Shown: piece by piece, positions 8,334-14,961 of the stretch | Layout of the letters: every line of letters begins with the position of its first letter | Position numbering within the stretch: position 1 is the stretch's first letter | Source: an uncultured Anaerolineae bacterium | Lineage (GTDB): Bacteria > Chloroflexota > Anaerolineae > S016-19 | Length of the DNA: 35,668 bases | Direction of reading: 5' to 3' | Assembly: GCA_964516345.1 (NCBI GenBank) | Contig: CAZEXY010000011.1 | Location: 1-35,668 of the forward strand | Program-made: the position numbers and the translations under genes | The notes under the pieces: model-generated | Seen by the model: the letters and a program-made list of their open reading frames with translations, nothing else | What the model was told of the DNA's origin: nothing | The model's database searches: none

Positions 8334-9095
8334 TCATGCTCTACCGGCTCTTCGAGCTATCAGGTTCGCCTCCATAAGCAGTTGACTGTCCCTGAGCACT
8401 TCCTCTGTCGTTCCGACCGTCACCACCCGATGGTCTTCCCCCAGCACGCACACCCTGTCCGCCACGGTTCGGGCTGTTTCCAGATCGTGGGTGGCGATGA
8501 CCACCGTTTTCCCTTGCTCCTTCAGGGAGATCAAGAACTCCACCATCCACGCCGACGTCCTTGGATCGAGGCTGGCGGTGGGCTCGTCCAGCAACCACAC
8601 CTCCGGCGACAGGGAAAGCACCGAAGCGATGGCTACTTTCTTCTTCTCGCCGTCGCTCAGTCGGTAGGGAGGCCGGTCGGCCAGCGATGCTATCCCCAAA
8701 TCCTCCATCGCAGCTCTCACACGGCGCTCCGCCTCCTGGTGCGTCATCCCGAGCTGAGACGGGGCGAACGCCACCTCCTCCCGAACCGTCGGCAGGAATA
8801 TCTGCACGTCCGGGTTCTGGAACACCAGCCCCACTTTGCGCCGGAAGCAGAAGCTCCATTCTTCGTCCTGGAGCAGCCGCTCCTCCAACGCGACCCCGAA
8901 AGCGCGAATCTCGCCTTCCGTCGGGAAGTAAAGGGCATCCAGGAGCTTGAGCAGGGTGGACTTGCCGGAGCCGTTCGCCCCCAGGATTGCCACCGTTTCC
9001 CCTTCCTCCACGGCGAAAGTTACACCGCGGAGGGCGAGGGCGCCTTCGGGGTAACGGTAAGCCACATCCTTCAGTTCGAAGACCGGTTCGCTCAT
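8334..9095 (-). CDS. cbiO: ECF transporter ATPase component (CbiO/NikO)
   Basis: Walker A 'GANGSGKST', Q-loop, ABC signature 'LSDGEKKK', Walker B 'LLDEP' and H-loop 'ATHD'. The start is ATG 9095 (MSEPVFEL), in an ATGA overlap with the cbiQ stop. The longer 440-aa track ORF was rejected. Confidence 0.9.
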   Translation of the reverse strand: MSEPVFELKDVAYRYPEGALALRGVTFAVEEGETVAILGANGSGKSTLLKLLDALYFPTEGEIRAFGVALEERLLQDEEWSFCFRRKVGLVFQNPDVQIFLPTVREEVAFAPSQLGMTHQEAERRVRAAMEDLGIASLADRPPYRLSDGEKKKVAIASVLSLSPEVWLLDEPTASLDPRTSAWMVEFLISLKEQGKTVVIATHDLETARTVADRVCVLGEDHRVVTVGTTEEVLRDSQLLMEANLIARRAGRA

Positions 9096-9970
9096 GCGGT
9101 TCTCACCGTCAGCGACAGGACGACTATCAGGGCCACCGTCGCCGCCCAAGCCCAATCGGCTGCGGAGATGGAGAAATCCCCGCCGCCGGTGTCCCTGGCG
9201 CTCCAGCCCCGTGAGATCATCGCCAGGTGTACCTCCTCGCTCATGTGGTACGATCGGCCCAGCAGCGTCCCGATGCTTGCCCCGAGCCACGATTGCTTTT
9301 CCCGCAGCGCAGTCCTGCCCACGGTTCGGCTTTTCCGGGCCAGGAACATCGATTCCGTTGCCCGGAGGAAGAGGAAAATGTATCGGTAGGTCATCCCCAG
9401 CACGAGGATGCCTATCTCCGGGAAGCCGACGGCGGAGAGAGCCCGCAGCAGCCGGTGCCATTCTGTGGTCAGGACGAGCAGCACGGCTATGGACACCGAC
9501 GCGGCCACCCTGAGCACGAATATCCCTGCTCCCAGCAGTCCTTGCTTCGTCACGGCGATGCCCGCTCCCAGTGCGATCACGGGCTGTCCCGGCGTCACGA
9601 AGCTGAACACGGCCGGCAGCGCCACGGCTCCCGCAAAGATCGGCACGAAGAGCCAAACGCGCTTGACGAAGAACCCTATCGGTATGTCGGATGCGGCTGC
9701 CAGCGCCAGCGTCAGGATGTAGAACGCCGTCAGTGTGGGCAGGCTGCGGGCGATGGCGACTGCCAGAAGCAGCGCCAGGAAAGTCGCCAGCTTCACCCGC
9801 GGGTCTATCGCCTGAAGGAGGCCGGAGCGGCGGGCGTATTCCTCGGCGAAAACGGCGTCACGCATTGCCTTCGATACGTCCGCCAGCGTTTCGGCGACGA
9901 AATCCTTCTTCCACAGGCGCATACCGCTCCTGCGGCCGGCCTCCGGACACGGCCCCCGGCCATTTCTCAT
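9092..9970 (-). CDS. cbiQ: ECF transporter transmembrane T component (CbiQ/NikQ)
   Basis: 'IDPRVKL' precedes multiple TM helices, and the C-terminal region has the 'ARKSR' coupling motifs. ATG 9970 forms an ATGA overlap with the upstream stop and follows GGAGAGGA. ATG 9922 (MRLWKK), preceded by AGGAG, is an equally plausible start. Confidence 0.8.
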   Translation of the reverse strand: MRNGRGPCPEAGRRSGMRLWKKDFVAETLADVSKAMRDAVFAEEYARRSGLLQAIDPRVKLATFLALLLAVAIARSLPTLTAFYILTLALAAASDIPIGFFVKRVWLFVPIFAGAVALPAVFSFVTPGQPVIALGAGIAVTKQGLLGAGIFVLRVAASVSIAVLLVLTTEWHRLLRALSAVGFPEIGILVLGMTYRYIFLFLRATESMFLARKSRTVGRTALREKQSWLGASIGTLLGRSYHMSEEVHLAMISRGWSARDTGGGDFSISAADWAWAATVALIVVLSLTVRTA

Positions 9971-10272
9971 CGTTCCTCTCCGGCTGCCAGAAGCTTGCCG
10001 ATCCCCCATGTGATCAGGGCTATCAGCGCCATCCCCACCACCGCCGAGAGGACGTAGCCGGGCGTTTCGCCCAGGCCGGGGATGGTGTAATCGGGCAGAG
10101 GGGCATGCCAGAGGTCGGAGAATTTCGCCATACCCTGAGGCACGTATCCGAGCATTGTGGAAAGCTCGTCGCTTCCCCACTCGCCCCACGCGCTGCCCGA
10201 GGCGATCAGACCGATGGGGGTCAGGAGGGCGAGCACACCCAGGGCTATCCAGAGTCTCTTCACGTTCTTCAT
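9967..10272 (-). CDS. PDGLE-domain small membrane component of a Ni/Co ECF importer (NikN/CbiN-type)
   Basis: 101 aa. It has an N-terminal TM helix, 'SGSAWGEWG' and a C-terminal TM helix, as in PDGLE-domain N components. ATG 10272 forms an ATGA overlap with the cbiM stop. Confidence 0.7.
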   Translation of the reverse strand: MKNVKRLWIALGVLALLTPIGLIASGSAWGEWGSDELSTMLGYVPQGMAKFSDLWHAPLPDYTIPGLGETPGYVLSAVVGMALIALITWGIGKLLAAGEER

Positions 10273-10958
10273 GCCGACACCTCCTTTCGGAGATCGAGGA
10301 CGTACGGCATCGCTTTCTGGAGGAACGCCACCACGCCTCCGGTTACGGCTGCTTCGGCGAATCCGGCCACGGTCAGGTGTGCCAGCATCATGGCCGGGAC
10401 TGCTTTGGAGAGGCTGTACGGGCAGTAAAGCGGCGTGCCGTTGGCAGTGTGGAACAGGATTGGCTGAAGGCCGAGCTCGATGGCCGCTGCCAGCGCTGCT
10501 GCATTGATGCCGACGTACCCGCCGATGGCTGCGGCGATCCATCGCCTGCGGGAATCCTGGTCGGACCCCCGGGATATCAGTTTGTAGACCCAGTACCCGA
10601 CGAACGGCAGGATGACTGCCATGTTGAACACGTTAGCGCCGAAAGCGAGTATTCCGCCATCGCCGAAGAAAAGAGCCTGGATCATCAGGGCTATGGAGAC
10701 CCCGATGGTGGCCGCCCAGGGGCCGAGCACGATGGCCATCAGCGTTCCGCCGACGGCGTGGGCCGTGGTTCCACCTGGAACCGGTGCATTGAACATCATG
10801 ATGGTGAACGAGAACGCCGAGAAAATGGAAAGCAGGGGCACCGTGCGGCTGGTGAGCTCACGTTTGACTTTTCTCACCGCCATGTACCAGAACGGTGCCG
10901 ATGCGGCGTACATGACTCCGCATGTCTCAGGACTGAGATACCCATCGGGAATGTGCAT
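10269..10958 (-). CDS. cbiM: Ni/Co ECF importer substrate-capture component (CbiM/NikM)
   Basis: It has the hallmark N-terminus 'MHIPDGY', whose Met-His amino terminus ligates the metal in this family, and about 6 TM helices. The RBS is AGGAGGTGG. The upstream 26 codons of the track ORF were rejected. Confidence 0.9.
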   Translation of the reverse strand: MHIPDGYLSPETCGVMYAASAPFWYMAVRKVKRELTSRTVPLLSIFSAFSFTIMMFNAPVPGGTTAHAVGGTLMAIVLGPWAATIGVSIALMIQALFFGDGGILAFGANVFNMAVILPFVGYWVYKLISRGSDQDSRRRWIAAAIGGYVGINAAALAAAIELGLQPILFHTANGTPLYCPYSLSKAVPAMMLAHLTVAGFAEAAVTGGVVAFLQKAMPYVLDLRKEVSA

Positions 10959-10980
10959 TTTCCACCTCCTGTTCAGGCCG

Positions 10981-11000
10981 GGGTGCAACATGCTGCACCC
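10981..11000 (-). promoter_or_regulatory. 20-bp near-perfect palindrome in the cbiM leader
   Basis: GGGTGCAACA|TGCTGCACCC (one central mismatch), located 22 nt upstream of the cbiM ATG and just downstream of the predicted -10. It could be a protein operator or a 5'-UTR hairpin. Confidence 0.35.
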
Positions 11001-11008
11001 TGATTTGG

Positions 11009-11036
11009 ATATTACCGCCAAGTATTGCATCTGCAA
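11009..11036 (-). promoter_or_regulatory. Sigma70-like promoter candidate for the Ni/Co importer operon, with an overlapping palindrome
   Basis: On the minus strand: TTGCAG-16 nt-TAATAT. The palindrome TTGCA-GA-TGCAA (11025..11036) overlaps the -35 and contains the hexamer TGCAAT, which is also present in the fur promoter. Confidence 0.4.
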
Positions 11037-11075
11037 AGGATCGCAACAACGGCCAAAATAAAAATGGGTAACCCA

Positions 11076-11561
11076 TCAGTCTCCCCGGACATTTGGCACC
11101 GATATGCGCCGGCCTTCGTCGACCTGTTTCTTCCTGCACTTCTCGCAGATTCCGTGGATCGCCAGGTGTTTTATCTCCGCCTGGAAGCCGTACCGCTCCA
11201 TGAGGATGTCCCGCAGGCAATCGAGGACGTGATCCTCCACCTCGATGATCGCTCCGCACCGCTCGCAGACCAGATGATGGTGCTTCCCGCGGGTGGTGAT
11301 CTCGTAGACCACGTGTCCTTCGCCCAAGTCGGAGCGGGTGACCAGGTTCAGCTTCTCAAGCCATTCCAGCGTGCGGTAGACGGTGGAGATGTTGACCTGG
11401 GGGTTGCGGGCGTGTATCCGATCGTAGATTTCGCCGGCGCTGATGTGGCCGTCGGCGGAGCACACGATTTCCACCACGCGCCTTCGCTGGGGCGTGATGC
11501 GAAATCCATGCTGTCTCAGCGCTTCTATGATATGCTCGCAGGTCAGTCTTTCGTCCCCCAC
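11076..11561 (-). CDS. Fur-family metalloregulator (possibly nickel-responsive, Nur-like, judged from context)
   Basis: 161 aa. It has a winged-helix N-terminus ('RITPQRRRVVEIV..HISAGEIY', 'ISTVYRTLEWL'), a metal site 'HHHLVCERCG', and a second CxxC 'CEKC'. GTG start preceded by GGGAG. Confidence 0.85.
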   Translation of the reverse strand: MGDERLTCEHIIEALRQHGFRITPQRRRVVEIVCSADGHISAGEIYDRIHARNPQVNISTVYRTLEWLEKLNLVTRSDLGEGHVVYEITTRGKHHHLVCERCGAIIEVEDHVLDCLRDILMERYGFQAEIKHLAIHGICEKCRKKQVDEGRRISVPNVRGD

Positions 11562-11592
11562 CGGTTACTCCCGAAAAACTCTTACCTTTTTC

Positions 11593-11636
11593 GCAATGTA
11601 TTGTATCAACGAATAATTGTTTCTGCAATCTATTGC
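11593..11636 (-). promoter_or_regulatory. Fur promoter candidate with two GCAAT-N2-ATTG(C) palindromes
   Basis: On the minus strand: TTGCAG (11623..11628)-17 nt-TACAAT (11600..11605). The palindromes GCAATCTATTGC (11625..11636) and GCAATGTATTG (11593..11603) overlap the -35 and -10 respectively. Their start positions are 32 bp apart. Confidence 0.4.
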
Positions 11637-11749
11637 GTTAAATCGATCAAGTTCCACGTTTTGTTGGAGCTTTTCTATTGTGAAGGCTTGTTACCGTCCC
11701 ATTTCGTGTAGTGATAGAGCTACACAAACCCACGAATCCACCGACAAAT

Positions 11750-12763
11750 TCAGCAAATCCTTGGCAACAGGTCCCCCGTGAGAGGGCCGACTATCCGTTT
11801 CGCCCCCAGGGACGTTCGAAGCACCACACGCCCGGGGTGTGATTCCACGACCTCGCCGATGACGGCGGCTTTTTCACCCAACGGGTGTGAACGCATTGCC
11901 GCCAGGGCTGCATCTGCTTCCTCCGGCGGTACGATGGCGGCGAACCTGCCTTCGTTGGCAACGTAGAGCGGGTCGAGGCCGAGCAGTGCACACGCCCGCT
12001 CCACCGGCTCCTCTACCGGTATCGCGTCCTCGTCCATCTCGATCCCGACCCCGGAGGCCGATGCGATTTCGTTCAACACCGTCGCCAAGCCGCCTCGGGT
12101 GGCGTCCCGCATCACGTGAACGTGGGGTGCTGCCTTCAGGATCTCTTCGACGATTCCGTTGAGCGGGGCGGTGTCGCTGGTTACTTCTGCATCGAACTCC
12201 AGCCCCTCTCGCAGGGTCATTATGGTGATGCCGTGGTTGCCGATGGGGCCGCTCAGGAGCACGACGTCGCCCGGGCGGGCGTTTCCGGCGTCAATGTCAC
12301 GTCCCTGGGGCACAACGCCCACGCCGGCGACGGAAATGTAGACCCCGTCTCCTTTCCCTTTTTCCACCACTTTCGTATCGCCCCCGACGAGCTGCACTCC
12401 GGCCCGGGCCGCCGCCTCCGACATGGAATCGGCAATGCGCCGCAGGGTTTCCATGGGCAGGCCTTCCTCTATGATGAAAGAGGCCACGATCCACATGGGC
12501 CTTGCGCCCATCATGGCCAGATCGTTCACCGTGCCGAAGACGGCAATCTTCCCGATGTCGCCGCCGGGAAAGAAGAGCGGGCTCACCACGTGCCCGTCTA
12601 TGCTGAACGCCAGCCTGCCTCCCCCCGTCGGGAGCAGGGCAGCGTCGTTCATGCGATCCAGGATCGGGTTGCTGAATTTCTTCCCGAAGACCTCTTCGAT
12701 CAAGCGTTGAGTCATCCGCCCACCGGTTCCGTGGGCCATGGTTATGCGATCTTCCTTCCTCAC
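11750..12763 (-). CDS. hypE: Hydrogenase maturation protein HypE (carbamoyl dehydratase)
   Basis: AIR-synthase-like fold motifs are present, with 'ITMAHGTGG' near the N-terminus and the diagnostic C-terminal '...PRIC'. I placed the start at GTG 12763, behind GGAGGGGAAG. ATG 12739 is an alternative. The track start at 12805 falls inside a hairpin. Confidence 0.92.
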   Translation of the reverse strand: MRKEDRITMAHGTGGRMTQRLIEEVFGKKFSNPILDRMNDAALLPTGGGRLAFSIDGHVVSPLFFPGGDIGKIAVFGTVNDLAMMGARPMWIVASFIIEEGLPMETLRRIADSMSEAAARAGVQLVGGDTKVVEKGKGDGVYISVAGVGVVPQGRDIDAGNARPGDVVLLSGPIGNHGITIMTLREGLEFDAEVTSDTAPLNGIVEEILKAAPHVHVMRDATRGGLATVLNEIASASGVGIEMDEDAIPVEEPVERACALLGLDPLYVANEGRFAAIVPPEEADAALAAMRSHPLGEKAAVIGEVVESHPGRVVLRTSLGAKRIVGPLTGDLLPRIC

Positions 12764-12790
12764 CTTCCCCTCCGATTCACAAGACAAGAG

Positions 12791-12819
12791 GGTAGGCGAG
12801 GGCACTGCCCTCGCCTACC
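12791..12819 (-). other. Perfect 13-bp stem-loop between hypD and hypE
   Basis: GGTAGGCGAGGGC-ACT-GCCCTCGCCTACC. It lies 9 nt after the hypD stop and 27 nt before the hypE GTG. On the minus strand it is followed by CTCTTGTCTTGTG. Confidence 0.6.
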
Positions 12820-12828
12820 CGAACTGCA

Positions 12829-13920
12829 TCAGATATCGTCCATCTGGTAGAGATAGTACGCTGAGCACGCTCCTTCGTCCGAGACCATGCACGGCCCCCT
12901 GGGGGTGTCCGGGGTGCATACTTTGCCGAACAACGGGCACTCCGGAGGTTCGATCACCCCGCGGAGCACCTCACCGCACCGGCAGCCCGGCGGCTCTCGG
13001 GAAGGAACGTCCGGGATGTCGAACTTCGTTTCGGCATCGAACGCAGAGTACTCCGGCCGGATCGCCATGCCGCTCAGGGGCATGACCCCCAGGCCGCGCC
13101 AGTCGGCGTCCGCGGGCTGGAACACCCGGTCCATGATCTGCTGGGCGACCACGTTCCCCTCCGGCAGCACGGAGCGACCGTAGGCGTTTTCCACCCTTGC
13201 TTCGCCTTTCACCACCTGCTCCACCAGCATCTCCACTGTCAGCAGTATGTCCAGCGGCTCGAAGCCGGACACCACCACGGGCATGCGGTATTCCTTCGGC
13301 AGGAACTCCCACGCCTTGGAGCCGGTGACGGTTGTGACGTGACCCGGCCCGATGACCCCGTCGAGATGCACCTCTCCGCCGTCCAGGATGCCCCGCATGG
13401 CCGGCGGGGTGTACTTGTGCATGGAGAAGACGGAGTAGTTCCGCAAACCGAGCCTCTCCGCCTGAAGGATCGATGCCGCTATGCCCGGAGCCGTGGTCTC
13501 GAACCCGACCCCCAGGAAGATCACCTCCCGGCCGGGGTGTTCTTGGGCCAGCTTCACCGCGTCCATGGGGGAGTAAACGATGCGCACGTCGGAGCCGGAG
13601 GCGGACGCTTCCTGCAGCGTGTAAGTCGTCCCGGGAACGCGCACCATGTCCCCGAAGGTCGTTATGATCACGTCGGGGAATTTGGAGAGGGCGATGGCCC
13701 GGTCTATGTCCTTCTGCGAGGTTACGCAGACGGGGCATCCAGGGCCGGAGAGCAACCGGACGTTCTCCGGCAAGAGCTGGCGGATGCCGTGCTGCATGAT
13801 GGCATGGGTATGGCCGCCGCAGAACTCCATGAAAGCCATGGGCCGATCGGCGAGCTGTTGGATGCGTTTCAGGATCTTCCGGGCGAGCCCGGGATCCTTG
13901 AACTCGTCAACGAATTTCAT
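12829..13920 (-). CDS. hypD: Hydrogenase maturation protein HypD
   Basis: 'EFCGGHTHAI', 'GPGCPVCVT' and the C-terminal 'CRCGEVL..PPECPLFG..C' cysteine motifs. Confidence 0.95.
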   Translation of the reverse strand: MKFVDEFKDPGLARKILKRIQQLADRPMAFMEFCGGHTHAIMQHGIRQLLPENVRLLSGPGCPVCVTSQKDIDRAIALSKFPDVIITTFGDMVRVPGTTYTLQEASASGSDVRIVYSPMDAVKLAQEHPGREVIFLGVGFETTAPGIAASILQAERLGLRNYSVFSMHKYTPPAMRGILDGGEVHLDGVIGPGHVTTVTGSKAWEFLPKEYRMPVVVSGFEPLDILLTVEMLVEQVVKGEARVENAYGRSVLPEGNVVAQQIMDRVFQPADADWRGLGVMPLSGMAIRPEYSAFDAETKFDIPDVPSREPPGCRCGEVLRGVIEPPECPLFGKVCTPDTPRGPCMVSDEGACSAYYLYQMDDI

Positions 13921-14209
13921 CGCCGCTCACCTCGAAGCCCAGCGGATCGACGCTCGACGGCCTTGTCGGGTCCATTTCCTCCGGTGAGATCGGCTCCAGG
14001 TCGCCCATCTGCTTGAGCAGTTCCAGCGTTTCCAGCGCCTCTTGTTCGTCCACCACGCCGATGGCGAAGCCCGTGTGCACCAGCACGTATTGGCCAACCT
14101 GCACGTCCGGCATCAACTGGATGCTGATGATCCGATGGATGCCGCCGAACTCGACCTCCGCTTCGAGGCCGTCAATCGATAGAATCTTTGCCGGAACGGC
14201 GAGACACAT
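13907..14209 (-). CDS. hypC: Hydrogenase maturation chaperone HypC/HupF family
   Basis: It has the N-terminal 'MCLAVPAKI' with the essential Cys2. At 100 aa it has a longer acidic C-terminal tail than typical HypC. It overlaps the hypD start by 14 nt. Confidence 0.9.
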   Translation of the reverse strand: MCLAVPAKILSIDGLEAEVEFGGIHRIISIQLMPDVQVGQYVLVHTGFAIGVVDEQEALETLELLKQMGDLEPISPEEMDPTRPSSVDPLGFEVSGDEIR

Positions 14210-14297
14210 AATGCGAACCTCCGATCTTCGAGCTTGTGATTTAGCGATCTATGCATGTTATAGGTGGGGACAGTGCCATCGCGATCGAGTGATGGAT

Positions 14298-14612
14298 TCA
14301 AGGTCTTTGCCTTACCTGTGCGCGCACCCGAACTTCTCTTTCGATTCTGTCGGCGAGCCTGTCCTGAGCCACGTCCAAGTCGTAACTCATTTGGAGCCCA
14401 AGCCAGAACTGAGGAGAGGTACCAAAATATTTCGCCAGACGCAACGCTGTGTCCGCAGTCATTCTCCTTCTTCCCAGAACTATTTCGTTTATGCGCCTTG
14501 GTGAAACCCCGATATCAAGGGCAAGACGGTTCTGGCTGAGTTGCATAGGCCTCAGGAACTCCTCCAGCAATACCTCGCCGGGGTGTACCGGCTTCAATTT
14601 TTCCTCTTTCAT
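14298..14612 (-). CDS. higA: HigA-family antitoxin (XRE-type HTH)
   Basis: 'HPGEVLLEEFL.P..LSQN.LA..IGVS..RINEIV.G.R..TADTALRLAKYFGTS..FWL.LQ' is the classic HigA/VapI pattern. The start is ATG 14612, preceded by AGGGAGGA. It lies 10 nt downstream of higB. Confidence 0.88.
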   Translation of the reverse strand: MKEEKLKPVHPGEVLLEEFLRPMQLSQNRLALDIGVSPRRINEIVLGRRRMTADTALRLAKYFGTSPQFWLGLQMSYDLDVAQDRLADRIEREVRVRAQVRQRP

Positions 14613-14622
14613 TTTTTCCTCC

Positions 14623-14907
14623 CTACCCATGATAATCCACGATTTCCACATTGTAGGCGTTGCCGTTTTTCCATTCAAAGCATATCCTCCATCTGTTGTT
14701 TATACGGATACTATACTGCCCTGCTCTGTCCCCCTTCAATTTTTCCAACCTGTTGGATGGAGGAATTCTCAAATCGTTCAGAGTCGCCGCACTATGAATC
14801 ATCCTTAATTTCCTCAAAGCTACTTGCTGTATCTCGGGCGGAAATCGTTTGGAGCGATGTCTCGAGAAAATTTTTTCTGTCTCCCTGCACTTGAATGACT
14901 TTATCAT
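14623..14907 (-). CDS. higB: HigB-family toxin (RelE/ParE superfamily, 'plasmid maintenance system killer')
   Basis: 94 aa. 'MIKSF....E.IF......RFPPEIQ..A.RKL..I..A..L.DL..PP.N.LE.L.GDR.GQ.SIRIN..WRICF.W....A..VEIVDYH' is the typical HigB pattern. The toxin-first gene order is characteristic of higBA. Confidence 0.88.
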   Translation of the reverse strand: MIKSFKCRETEKIFSRHRSKRFPPEIQQVALRKLRMIHSAATLNDLRIPPSNRLEKLKGDRAGQYSIRINNRWRICFEWKNGNAYNVEIVDYHG

Positions 14908-14925
14908 TGTATATCCTGTTGCGCT

Positions 14926-14956
14926 TAACGTTACACGATAAAGACAAAATTTGCAA
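14926..14956 (-). promoter_or_regulatory. Candidate higBA promoter and operator
   Basis: On the minus strand: TTGCAA-17 nt-TAACGT. The 8-bp perfect palindrome TAACGTTA (14926..14933) overlaps the -10, which is plausible for HigA autoregulation. Confidence 0.3.
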
Positions 14957-14961
14957 GTAAG

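Noticed and set aside
7920-9389. A 489-aa plus-strand ORF, together with the N-terminal extensions of the 440-aa (8334..9656) and 365-aa (9092..10189) minus-strand ORFs over the ECF transporter genes.
   Set aside because: - These are shadow or over-extended frames in GC-rich DNA. Their translations are Arg/Pro/Gly/His-rich with no motifs.
- The transporter frames carry unmistakable ABC, CbiQ and CbiM signatures, with RBS-backed internal starts and ATGA couplings.
10959-11075. A possible cobalamin or NiCo riboswitch upstream of cbiM.
   Set aside because: - The whole gap is only 117 nt and must also hold the fur 3' end signals and a promoter.
- I see no B12-box-like core.
- NiCo riboswitches control exporters, not importers.
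13907-14000. The extended acidic C-terminal tail of HypC (100 aa in total), considered as a possible fused extra domain.
   Set aside because: - The tail is low-complexity (Pro/Glu/Asp/Ser-rich).
- It partly reflects the 14-nt overlap with hypD.
- HypC/HupF-family lengths vary, so there is not enough to call a distinct feature.
14631-14655. Two DnaA-box-like 9-mers (TAATCCACG and ATTTCCACA, each 7 of 9 matches to TTATCCACA) in tandem.
   Set aside because: - They lie inside the 3' end of the higB coding sequence, 15 kb from dnaA.
- Each has two mismatches, and there is no further cluster or AT-rich unwinding element.
- This is most likely chance.
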